From assembly GCA_965208625.1 (NCBI GenBank), contig OZ242348.1:1233948-1297947 (forward strand): DNA of 64,000 bases. The letters are read 5' to 3'. Made by a program: the position numbers and the translations under genes. The stretch comes from Dehalococcoidia bacterium (GTDB lineage: Bacteria; Chloroflexota; Dehalococcoidia; Lucifugimonadales; Australimonadaceae). Under the pieces are notes generated by a model. That model worked only from the letters and a program-made list of their open reading frames with translations, made no database searches and had not been told where the DNA came from. Below are positions 53,209 to 61,493 of the stretch, in pieces (position 1 is the stretch's first letter; each line of letters starts with the position of its first letter).

Positions 53209-54501
53209 ATGCGCATCCACAGACTCCTGGCCCTCGGCGCAGTCGCCGTGGTTCTGGCCCTCTTTGCGGCGTGTGGGAGCGACGAGCCCACGGCCACCCC
53301 AACGTCCGCTCCTCAAGCGATGGCCGATGATTCCACCCCCACGCCCGAAGCGATGATGGAAGACGCGGCCACTCCCACGCCCGAGGCGATGATGGAGGAC
53401 GCAGCCACTCCCACGCCCGGCGCGATGATGGCGGAACCGACGGCCACTCCCACGCCACGGCCGACGCCCACGCCCGTGCCGCCCCCAGTCGGCTTCGACG
53501 CGGAGGAGTACTTCGGCGGCAAGACGATCAGAATCATCGTCGGTGCAAGCCCCGGCGGCGGCTACGACACGTTCAGCAGAATCGTCGCTGCGACGGCCGA
53601 GCACTACTTCCCTGAGAGCACGCGCTTCGTCGTGCAGAACCTCCCGGGCGCCGGACAGCTTCGTGGTCTCCGGGCAGTGGTCGACTCGAAGCCAGACGGC
53701 TACACCATCGGCCCGACACACTCGCGCTGGTTCCAGCGACAGCTGTATGTGGGCGACGTCACCGGATTCGACATCGACGCCATCCACATCCTCGGCTCAC
53801 CCACGTTCGCTGTTAACCCCGACGGTTTCTGTCTGGACAAGAACTTCGCCTCCTCCTGGCAGGAGGTGCTGGACAGGGACCTCACGATCAGGGTCGGCTC
53901 CGCAGGGCCAGGCAACGAGCCGGCCATCGAGTTCATGATCGCGAACGGCGGCCCGTTCAATCTGATCTACGGTTACGGCGGCTCGACCGAGATCATGGCG
54001 GCGTTCGACCGTGGCGAGGTGGACGGAACAGGCCGGTGCGGCCCGAGTACCGCCGGGCGCCTCTACCCCGAGTGGATAGATGATGGACGCCTCGTGCCAA
54101 TCTTCTACGAGGCGAAGCCGTACACCGATGAGTGGCTGGCCGAACTCGGGCACACCGGCCCGCTGCCCTGGTACCTCGACCTCCCCGGCATCCCGTTCGA
54201 CGACCCGATCCGGAACAAAGCGAACGACCTGAACCTGCTTGTGTCCGAGATATCCCGCGTCTTCTTCCTGCCCCCAGGCGTTCCGGACGACGTGAAGCAG
54301 TACTGGCAGTCGGCGTTCGATCAACTCGTGTTGGACGAACGGTTCATCGAGCAGCTCACCATCGCCGGCTACCAGGAAGACTACGGCTATGGAAGGGCCG
54401 AGGACATCATGGCGATCGTGGAGCAGGTCCGGAACACTGATCCCGAGATCCTCCAGGCAGCCCTCGAACTGAGCGGCGTCGGCGACCTCATAGTGAACTA
54501 A
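53209..54501 (+). CDS. tctC: TctC-like (Bug family) solute-binding lipoprotein with a repeat-containing linker
   Basis: Start set at the ATG 53209 (GGGAGGA upstream). Lipobox LFAAC; linker with TPTPEAMMEDAA repeats; IIVGASPGGGYDTFSRIVA. Confidence 0.75.
   Translation: MRIHRLLALGAVAVVLALFAACGSDEPTATPTSAPQAMADDSTPTPEAMMEDAATPTPEAMMEDAATPTPGAMMAEPTATPTPRPTPTPVPPPVGFDAEEYFGGKTIRIIVGASPGGGYDTFSRIVAATAEHYFPESTRFVVQNLPGAGQLRGLRAVVDSKPDGYTIGPTHSRWFQRQLYVGDVTGFDIDAIHILGSPTFAVNPDGFCLDKNFASSWQEVLDRDLTIRVGSAGPGNEPAIEFMIANGGPFNLIYGYGGSTEIMAAFDRGEVDGTGRCGPSTAGRLYPEWIDDGRLVPIFYEAKPYTDEWLAELGHTGPLPWYLDLPGIPFDDPIRNKANDLNLLVSEISRVFFLPPGVPDDVKQYWQSAFDQLVLDERFIEQLTIAGYQEDYGYGRAEDIMAIVEQVRNTDPEILQAALELSGVGDLIVN
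53335..53445. repeat. 36-bp in-frame tandem repeat (2 good copies plus 1 degenerate) encoding TPTPEAMMEDAA
   Basis: Units 53335-53370 and 53371-53406 differ at a few mostly third-codon positions. 53407-53445 is a degenerate third unit. Confidence 0.7.
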
Positions 54502-54519
54502 CGCAAAGGCACCCGGTGC

Positions 54520-54548
54520 GCCGGTGCGGACGCGATGTCCGCACCGGC
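54520..54548 (+). terminator. stem-loop between the tctC-like and tctA genes (partial terminator or attenuator candidate)
   Basis: Perfect 12-bp stem GCCGGTGCGGAC / GTCCGCACCGGC with loop GCGAT, 18 nt after the tctC-like stop. Confidence 0.5.
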
Positions 54549-54590
54549 GTGGTTACCTGAGGCGAAACAGCAGAAAGGACATGCCGCCCT

Positions 54591-56123
54591 ATGTGGGAAG
54601 CAGCCATCAGTGCGGCTCAACACCTGTTCAGTCCCGGGCCGCTCATCGCATTCGCGATCATCACCCCCATCGCGCTCTTCAACGGTGTGATGATTGCGGG
54701 CGGCGTACCCGTCTTCATCCTGCTGCTCAGCTTCGCCTCCCAGCTTGACCCGTTCATAGCCCTGCCGGCCGCCGTCTTCTACGCCGCCGCCAACGACGCG
54801 ACCGAACCCATACCGTCCATTCTCATCGGCGTTCCGGGGTCGCGAGGGTCGCAGGCGACGATCATCGACGGCTATCCGATGTCGCGCCAAGGCCGCGCCG
54901 GAGAGGCGCTGGGCGCGGTTTACGTCTCCTCGCTCATCGGCGGCATCATCGGCGCGGCGATGCTGATGGGCGTGCTGCCCGTAGCGCGCGAGGTGCTGAA
55001 ACTGTTCGGGGCGGCGGAGTTCTTCCTCCTCTCACTCCTTGGCATCGCAACAGTGGCGTTGCTGAGTTCCGGCGCGATGGTAAAGGGGTTGCTCACCGCA
55101 GCGTTCGGACTCGCCATCGCCCTCATCGGTTTCTCACCCATCGGCGGCGTCGTCCGCGCAAACATGGGCATCGGCTACCTGTGGGACGGCCTCCCGCTCG
55201 TGCCGATGCTGCTGGGACTGTTCGCCATCCCGGAGCTGGCCAACCTGGTCGTCAGCAACACCACCATCGCGACGGAGCGGCTGGACGAGGTGCTCTCCGG
55301 CTCCGGCGAGGGGGTGAAGAAGGGCATGAAGGAGGCGACACGCCACAAGTGGCTGATCACGCGCTCCTCACTCATCGGCGCTTTCGTCGGGATGATGCCG
55401 GGGCTCGGGGCAGTGCCCGCCCACTGGATAGCCTATGCGCAGGCGCGCCAGACCGAACCGGGCGCGATGGAGTCCTTCGGCACGGGCGACATACGCGGAG
55501 TCATAGCGCCGGAGGCGTCGAACAACGCGATAGACGGCGGCGTGCTGGTGCCCACGCTTTTCTTCTCGATACCCGGCAGCCCCAACATGGCGCTCATCCT
55601 TGCCATGCTCATCCTGGTCGGCATCCAGCCCGGCCCGCCGATGCTCAACCAGCACCTGGACCTGAGCATCGCACTCGTCTGGACGATCGTGCTCGCGAAC
55701 ATCATCGTGGTGCCCATCGTTCTGCGGTTCGCGCCGCTCATCGCCCGCGTCACGGTGATACCGCCGAACATCCTCTTTCCGCTGGTGATGGCCATCATCG
55801 TCATCGGCGTCTACCAGAGCTCGCAGTCCGTTGGAGACCTGTGGCTGTTCGCCGCAGCCGGCGTGCTCGGCCTGTTCATGAAGGCGTACGCCTGGCCACG
55901 GCCGCCCATCGTCATCGCGATCGTGCTGGCGAACGAAGCCGAGAAGTGGCTCTGGATAGCGACCAACACGTACGGCTGGGAGATGTTCCTCCGGTGGCAG
56001 TTCAACGCCATCCTGGCATTCGTCGTTCTCGGTGCGATCGTCGGCATCAGGGCGCAGCGGAACGCATCCCGCATCCGGGCGGCTGAGGCAGCGGAGCACA
56101 ACATAGGGGAGGCGGCGCCATGA
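54591..56123 (+). CDS. tctA: tripartite tricarboxylate transporter permease TctA
   Basis: 510 aa, polytopic, collinear with the first ~500 aa of 19792-21828 (for example PSILIGVPGSRGSQATIIDGYPMSRQGRAGEALG versus PSILLGMPGGATQVTFLEGNQLAQRGHAAHTLG). Confidence 0.85.
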   Translation: MWEAAISAAQHLFSPGPLIAFAIITPIALFNGVMIAGGVPVFILLLSFASQLDPFIALPAAVFYAAANDATEPIPSILIGVPGSRGSQATIIDGYPMSRQGRAGEALGAVYVSSLIGGIIGAAMLMGVLPVAREVLKLFGAAEFFLLSLLGIATVALLSSGAMVKGLLTAAFGLAIALIGFSPIGGVVRANMGIGYLWDGLPLVPMLLGLFAIPELANLVVSNTTIATERLDEVLSGSGEGVKKGMKEATRHKWLITRSSLIGAFVGMMPGLGAVPAHWIAYAQARQTEPGAMESFGTGDIRGVIAPEASNNAIDGGVLVPTLFFSIPGSPNMALILAMLILVGIQPGPPMLNQHLDLSIALVWTIVLANIIVVPIVLRFAPLIARVTVIPPNILFPLVMAIIVIGVYQSSQSVGDLWLFAAAGVLGLFMKAYAWPRPPIVIAIVLANEAEKWLWIATNTYGWEMFLRWQFNAILAFVVLGAIVGIRAQRNASRIRAAEAAEHNIGEAAP

Positions 56124-56761
56124 CGACATCCAACGCCAATGGCGCGACAGCCTCACGCAGCCGCTTCACTTCCATGGAGTTCATCGGCGAGGTAATTCTC
56201 CTCATCGCCGTCGCCGCGTTCTTCATCTACATGTACCTGGACTCCGTGCCGCCGGACGCTGATGCACTGGGGTGGCTGCCATGGCGGCTGGAGTGGGACA
56301 ACGGCGGATGGCTGCTGCCGCGTATCGCGGTCCTGTTCGGGACGCCCTTCTGGTTCTGGCGCGCTTACCTGCTCTTCAAAGCTGGGGCTTCCAGCACGAC
56401 CGGCCAGATAATGGACACCGGCTTCCTGGAAACTGACGACGATCCGATGATGGTCCTGCGGCGCTGGTTCCAGTTGATCGGCACAACGGGCGCGCTGCTC
56501 ATAGGCCTCTGGGTATTCGGCTTCCATATCGCCGTGCCCGCGTACACCATCCTGTACCTCATCATCTTCGGGAAGGTGAAGTGGTACTGGACACTCATAC
56601 CGGCAGTGTTCTTCGAAGTCATCATCATCGGCATCTACGGCTACCTCCTGCTCTCAGAGTGGGGCACTCCGGTCGCACGCGATTGGCCCGTCATCGGCAA
56701 CGTGTGGGACTTCGCCATAGACGCCTGGCACAACTTCTACGAGTCCAACCTCGAGTCGTAG
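56120..56761 (+). CDS. tctB: TctB-like small membrane subunit
   Basis: 213 aa with 4-5 helices. Start overlaps the tctA stop (ATGA). Shares GQIMDTG with the C-terminal module of the fused permease. Confidence 0.6.
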   Translation: MTTSNANGATASRSRFTSMEFIGEVILLIAVAAFFIYMYLDSVPPDADALGWLPWRLEWDNGGWLLPRIAVLFGTPFWFWRAYLLFKAGASSTTGQIMDTGFLETDDDPMMVLRRWFQLIGTTGALLIGLWVFGFHIAVPAYTILYLIIFGKVKWYWTLIPAVFFEVIIIGIYGYLLLSEWGTPVARDWPVIGNVWDFAIDAWHNFYESNLES

Positions 56762-56860
56762 TCACCTTGCACACGACGTGTTGCATGCCGCTGCTGTACA
56801 GGAGTAGTACAATCGGCGGCAGCGAATCAGTGTCCTAAAACGCAGCAGGAGGAGCAAGCC

Positions 56861-58129
56861 ATGCTTTCCATCCAGAACAACGAACTCATCACGCGGGTAG
56901 GCCCCGGTACGCCGATGGGCGAGGCCATGCGGCGCTACTGGATACCCGCGCTCATGGACTTCGAACTGCCGGAGCCCGACTGCGATCCCGTGCGCGTGCG
57001 GCTCCTCGGCGAGGACCTCGTCGCGTTCCGCGACTCCAAGGGACGCGTCGGCTTGCTGCCAGACGCCTGCCCCCACCGCCGCGTGAGCCTCTACTTCGGC
57101 AGGAACGAGGAGGAAGGCCTGCGCTGCGTCTACCACGGCTGGAAGTTCGACGTGGACGGCATCTGCGTGGACCAGCCCAACGAGCCGGAACAGAGTAACT
57201 TCAAGCACAAGGTGAAGACGCGCGCCTACAAGACGTGGGAAAGCGGCAACGTCATCTGGGCCTACCTCGGCCCGGCCAACGAGGTCCCGCCCCCACCCGC
57301 GTTCGAGTGGACGACCGTGCCCGACTCCCACCGCGGCGTCACGAAACTCATCCAGACGTGCAACTGGGTGCAGGCCGTGGAGGGCGGCATCGACACCTCC
57401 CACTCGTCCTTCCTGCACAACAACGACCTCGCCGACAAGACGCTGCTCCGCTCACGCTCCACAGCTCCGTACCTGGAGGTCGAGCAGACCAACTACGGCT
57501 ACACCTACAGCTCCGTTCGCCCGCTCTCCAAGGAAGAAGGCAACTACGTGCGGACGTACCACTACGTGCTCCCCTTCCACCAGCTCCGCGCAGGCCAGGT
57601 GGGGCGCAGCGGCGAGCCGGTGCAGCCGCGCAGCTCCGGCCACTGCTGGGTGCCGATAGACGACGAGAACACGATGGTCTTCAACTGGACGTTCACCTGG
57701 GACGAGAACCCGCTGAACGACAAGGACAGGCGACTCGCAGGCACCGGCAACGAGTGGGACGTCGACATCGACCGCACCACTTTCCGCACGGTGCGCAACA
57801 AGGAGAACGACTGGAAGCTCGACCGGCAGATGCAGCGCACGGAGAACTTCACCGGCATCGTCGGCGTCAACACCCAGGACCGCGCCCTGCAGGAGACGAT
57901 GGGCACCATCGCGGACCGCAGCCAGGAGCACCTCGGCACGAGCGACCGCGCAATCATCGCGATGCGCAAGCTGCTCCAGGAGGCGATACGGGTGAACTCG
58001 GACGGCGGCACGCCGCGCGGCAGCCAGAATGAGTTCGTCGGAATCCGCGCCATCGACCGCATCCTGCCCGCCGACCAGCCGTGGTCCGTGCTCAAGCCGG
58101 ACATGTACCCCATGACAGCCGGACGCTAA
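56861..58129 (+). CDS. Rieske [2Fe-2S] non-heme iron oxygenase, alpha subunit, paralog 6 (divergent subfamily)
   Basis: MLSIQNNELITRVGPGTPMGEAMRRYWIP; CPHRRVSLYFG...CVYHGW; iron motif NWVQAVEGGIDTSHSSFLH, which differs from the ENSLDPVH type of the other five. Confidence 0.9.
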   Translation: MLSIQNNELITRVGPGTPMGEAMRRYWIPALMDFELPEPDCDPVRVRLLGEDLVAFRDSKGRVGLLPDACPHRRVSLYFGRNEEEGLRCVYHGWKFDVDGICVDQPNEPEQSNFKHKVKTRAYKTWESGNVIWAYLGPANEVPPPPAFEWTTVPDSHRGVTKLIQTCNWVQAVEGGIDTSHSSFLHNNDLADKTLLRSRSTAPYLEVEQTNYGYTYSSVRPLSKEEGNYVRTYHYVLPFHQLRAGQVGRSGEPVQPRSSGHCWVPIDDENTMVFNWTFTWDENPLNDKDRRLAGTGNEWDVDIDRTTFRTVRNKENDWKLDRQMQRTENFTGIVGVNTQDRALQETMGTIADRSQEHLGTSDRAIIAMRKLLQEAIRVNSDGGTPRGSQNEFVGIRAIDRILPADQPWSVLKPDMYPMTAGR

Positions 58130-58161
58130 GCAGCCGCACGACAGACGGCACAAGACTGACG

Positions 58162-58197
58162 CATACGGCAGGGCTCGACGATGAGCCCTGCCGTATG
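58162..58197 (+). terminator. strong intrinsic terminator after Rieske paralog 6
   Basis: Perfect 15-bp stem CATACGGCAGGGCTC / GAGCCCTGCCGTATG with a 6-nt loop, followed by TTATGTT. Confidence 0.7.
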
Positions 58198-58204
58198 TTA
58201 TGTT

Positions 58205-58250
58205 CCGTACAGTTGATGCCGTACGTATCCGTACGGCACAGGAGGTACGG
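58205..58250. promoter_or_regulatory. CCGTAC/GTACGG repeat cluster upstream of vapB (candidate autoregulatory operator)
   Basis: CCGTAC at 58205, 58219 and 58229; GTACGG at 58231 and 58245. The cluster includes the palindrome CCGTACGG and ends 3 nt before the ATG. Confidence 0.45.
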
Positions 58251-58252
58251 AA

Positions 58253-58501
58253 ATGACTGTACGGCTCGAAGTGCGGCTCGACGAGAAGCGCCGTACACAA
58301 CTCGAAGAGATCGCGGGGATGCAAGGCGCATCGATATCAGAAGTAGTGCGGGTCCTCATAGACGACGCCTACGAGGCGATGATTCAAGAAGATCGGCGCC
58401 GCGCCGTTCAGGAACTCATTAAACTCCGGGGAGAAGCCATGCCCGACCCGGAGGAACTCTCACGCCAGTTGGCATCCGCCCATGAACCAGGAGGCATCTA
58501 A
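58253..58501 (+). CDS. vapB: ribbon-helix-helix antitoxin (VapB-like)
   Basis: 82 aa. MTVRLEVRLDEKRRTQLEEIAGMQGASISEVVRVLID is an RHH fold pattern. Overlaps the PIN gene by 20 nt. Confidence 0.8.
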   Translation: MTVRLEVRLDEKRRTQLEEIAGMQGASISEVVRVLIDDAYEAMIQEDRRRAVQELIKLRGEAMPDPEELSRQLASAHEPGGI

Positions 58502-58943
58502 TCCGAGGGCGTTCGTCGACGCCAATATTCCCATGTACACAGCGGGCAGTGAGCATCCGCTCCGTGCTCCATGCGCTCACGTCATGGGCATCATTGCAGC
58601 GCATCCGAGTAGATTCGTCACAGATGCCGAGGTCTTTCAGGAGATCATCCACCGTTATGTAGCTGAAAGGCGCTGGCCCCTGGGAAGAGAAGTGTTCAAC
58701 AGGTTCGCCCGGGCGATGCAACGGTACATCGAACCGGTCTACGTGCAGGACGTTCTCGATGCAGCAGCGCTAGCGGACGACCATCCAGGCATCAACGCCC
58801 GCGACCTCGTGCACGCAGCGGTCGCGCTGCGGCTCGGCGTGTCGCACATCGTCTCAACCGACACGGACTTCGACCGCCTGCCGGTGATAACCCGGTTGGC
58901 CCCCGAACGCATCGATGAATGGGCGGATGCCTTCATGGCGTAA
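58482..58943 (+). CDS. vapC: PIN-domain toxin (VapC-like ribonuclease)
   Basis: 153 aa with acidic residues in the canonical order: FVDANI, TDAEVFQE, NARDLVH and STDTDFD. Confidence 0.85.
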   Translation: MNQEASNPRAFVDANIPMYTAGSEHPLRAPCAHVMGIIAAHPSRFVTDAEVFQEIIHRYVAERRWPLGREVFNRFARAMQRYIEPVYVQDVLDAAALADDHPGINARDLVHAAVALRLGVSHIVSTDTDFDRLPVITRLAPERIDEWADAFMA

Positions 58944-58956
58944 GGGCGTGCAGCGT

Positions 58957-60228
58957 TTACGCCTTCGTCACCGGCTTGGCAAGCGCAAACGCAACGAACG
59001 CGATCCCGAACACGCCCGCGAATATGGTGAACGACAGGTCGTAGCTGCCGGTGATGTCCTTCACTATCCCCGCGAATATCGGTCCCACCATGCTCACTCC
59101 CGCCATGATGGGCGCCGCGAAGCCTCGTATCGTCCCGAATGACCTGCGCCCGAAGTAGTTCGCGAACATCATCCGGCTCACGACCGTCCACACGCCCAGC
59201 GCGGATCCGAAGGCGACGCTGAACGCGACTGCCGTCGGGAACGAATCGACCGATATCGCCAGCACCATCGCCGTGAGGTAGAAAAGCACCGACGTGAGCG
59301 CCAGGTAGCGCGTGTGCACACGCTCCATCAGCAGCCCCCAGCCGAACACGGAGAGCGCCGCCACGGTCAGATAGATCGTCACCGCCATTGCCGCCGAAAA
59401 CTGCGACAGACCCTTGTCCTGTAGGCTCACGTTGATGTGCAGGTTCGTCGCGTTCACCGCCAGCACCACGGCGGCCTGCGCCACGATGAGGGCCCACAGC
59501 GTCACCGTCCGCTTCGCCTCCGCCAGGCTCCATAACTCCTCGCCGGCATCCCCGGACACTTCCCCGACCTGTACGTCGTGCGTGGGCTGGCGTCCATCCG
59601 GCAGCAGTCCGTAGTCTTCAGGTCTGCGGCGCATGTACGCGGCGCTTGGCAGCACGAGCGCGAGCAAGGCGAAACCCGCAAGCGCGAGCCACGCCTCGCG
59701 CCATCCGAACCAGGTCATGACCGCCACTATCGGAAGCGGCATGAGGAACTGTCCCGTCCGCTGCCCCACGCCCAGCAGGCCCACGACGCGGCCCCGCTTC
59801 CGCACGAACCAGGACGCCAACGCGACCATCGTCCCGAGTTGCGCGCCCGCCGCCGCCGTACCGCGCGCCAGTCCGAAGAAACCCCAGAAGTGCCACACCT
59901 GCGTCATCGCAGCGAGGCCCACCATGCAGCCCACGATAATCATCCCCGCCGCAACCGTAACGCCGCGTGCGCCGCGCCTGTCGAGTATCCGTCCCACCCA
60001 CACCGAGGAGATGCCTCCCAGTCCGGACCCGAGCGCGAAACCGATGCTAATGGACGTTGCAGACCAGCCCAACTCGTCCTGCATGGGGCGGACGAACACG
60101 CCAACGATGGGTCCCTGCATCGGCACGCTTGCTGCTGCGTTCAGCATGCTCGCGGTCATGATGGCCCAGCCGTAGTAGGCGCGGGGGAACGGCCAGAAGC
60201 GGGATATGCGGGGCTGCTGCATCGCCAT
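58957..60228 (-). CDS. MFS transporter
   Basis: About 12 helices; loop motif GRILDRRGARG. Start trimmed to the ATG 60226-60228; the ORF is open to 60315. Confidence 0.8.
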   Translation of the reverse strand: MAMQQPRISRFWPFPRAYYGWAIMTASMLNAAASVPMQGPIVGVFVRPMQDELGWSATSISIGFALGSGLGGISSVWVGRILDRRGARGVTVAAGMIIVGCMVGLAAMTQVWHFWGFFGLARGTAAAGAQLGTMVALASWFVRKRGRVVGLLGVGQRTGQFLMPLPIVAVMTWFGWREAWLALAGFALLALVLPSAAYMRRRPEDYGLLPDGRQPTHDVQVGEVSGDAGEELWSLAEAKRTVTLWALIVAQAAVVLAVNATNLHINVSLQDKGLSQFSAAMAVTIYLTVAALSVFGWGLLMERVHTRYLALTSVLFYLTAMVLAISVDSFPTAVAFSVAFGSALGVWTVVSRMMFANYFGRRSFGTIRGFAAPIMAGVSMVGPIFAGIVKDITGSYDLSFTIFAGVFGIAFVAFALAKPVTKA

Positions 60229-60317
60229 GGGAGTGCATGCAACCCTACCACCCGCGCGCAGGCCACGCCCGCGAACGGCTATACTCCCAACGCTCACCCT
60301 CCGTTTCCGAGGCACTC

Positions 60318-61493
60318 ATGCAACTGTCAGAAGACCAGCTAACGCTCGTCGCCACCGTCCGTGATTTCGTGAAGCGCGAGGTCATGCCTGCCGCGACCGA
60401 GCTCGAGCTCGCCGACGAATACCCCCACGCTCTCGTGGCACAGATGCGCGAACTCGGCTTCTTCGGCGCGACCATTCCGGAGGAGTACGGCGGCAGCGGC
60501 GTGGGCGCAGAGACCTACGCCCTGCTCATCGAAGAGCTGTCCAAGGGCTGGATGAGCCTCACAGGCGTCCTGAATACCCACCTGCTCGTCGCGCACATGA
60601 TCGAGACATTCGGCACGCCGGACCAGAAGGAGCGCTTCCTCCCCTCCATGGCTGAGGGCGAACGACGCGCAGCCCTCTGTATCACCGAGCCTGACGCTGG
60701 GACGGACGTGGCGGCGGTCAAAACGAACGCCGTTCGCGACGGTGACGACTACGTGGTGAACGGGCGCAAGATGTTCATCACCAACGGCCGATACGGCAGC
60801 ATCTACGCCATCGTCTGCAAGACCGATCTGCAGGCCGACCCGCCGCATCGCGGCATCAGCATCCTCCTCGGTGAGAAGGGCCCCGGCCTCGATGTCGTGC
60901 GCGACATCCCCAAGCTCGGCTATCGCGGCGTCGAGACCACGGAGATAGCATTCGAGGACTACCGCACACCCGCGACGAACCTGCTCGGCGGCACGGAGGG
61001 CGACGGCTTTCGGCACGTCATGGGCGGACTGGAATTGGGGCGCATCAACGTCGCGGCAAGGGCTGTCGGCGTAGCACGCGCCGCGCTGGAGGCTGCGATG
61101 CAGTACGCACAGCAGCGGCAGACGTTCGGCAAGCCCATCGCCGAGCACCAGGCGATCCAGCAGAAGATTGCGGACATGGCGACGCAGGTGAAGGCCGCGC
61201 ATCTGCTGGTGATGGAAGCCGCACGAAAGAAGGACCTCGGCCAGCGCGTCGACCTCGAAGCGGGCATGGCCAAGCTCTTCGCCAGCGAAACGTGCCTGAA
61301 CGTCGCGACCGAGGCGATGCGCATCCACGGTGGCGTGGGCTATACGCAAGACCTCCCGGTGGAGCGCTACTTCCGCGACGCTCCGCTCATGATCATCGGC
61401 GAGGGCACGAACGAGATACAGCGGCAGGTCATCGCACGGAACCTGCTCCGCAACTACTCCTCCGGCGATTTCCTCTTCGAGGCAGGCCTATGA
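60318..61493 (+). CDS. acyl-CoA dehydrogenase
   Basis: Start set at the ATG 60318. Shows CITEPDAGTDVAAVKT, FITNG and the C-terminal YFRDAPLMIIGEGTNEIQR. Confidence 0.9.
   Translation: MQLSEDQLTLVATVRDFVKREVMPAATELELADEYPHALVAQMRELGFFGATIPEEYGGSGVGAETYALLIEELSKGWMSLTGVLNTHLLVAHMIETFGTPDQKERFLPSMAEGERRAALCITEPDAGTDVAAVKTNAVRDGDDYVVNGRKMFITNGRYGSIYAIVCKTDLQADPPHRGISILLGEKGPGLDVVRDIPKLGYRGVETTEIAFEDYRTPATNLLGGTEGDGFRHVMGGLELGRINVAARAVGVARAALEAAMQYAQQRQTFGKPIAEHQAIQQKIADMATQVKAAHLLVMEAARKKDLGQRVDLEAGMAKLFASETCLNVATEAMRIHGGVGYTQDLPVERYFRDAPLMIIGEGTNEIQRQVIARNLLRNYSSGDFLFEAGL

Noticed and set aside
51114-53297. 727-aa ORF as a genuine bifunctional amidohydrolase-SDR enzyme
   Set aside because: The segment joining the two domains has no recognisable homology. 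The homologous amidohydrolase C-terminus lies in the +1 frame and ends 2 nt before the SDR's own ATG. The region upstream of 52976 lacks coding features. It is best explained as a frameshift plus read-through of an open frame.
56781-56813. Possible promoter upstream of Rieske paralog 6 (TTGCAT ... TACAAT)
   Set aside because: The -10-like TACAAT (56808-56813) is good, but the only -35-like hexamer is 21 nt away. That is outside the normal spacer range, so I do not report it as a feature.
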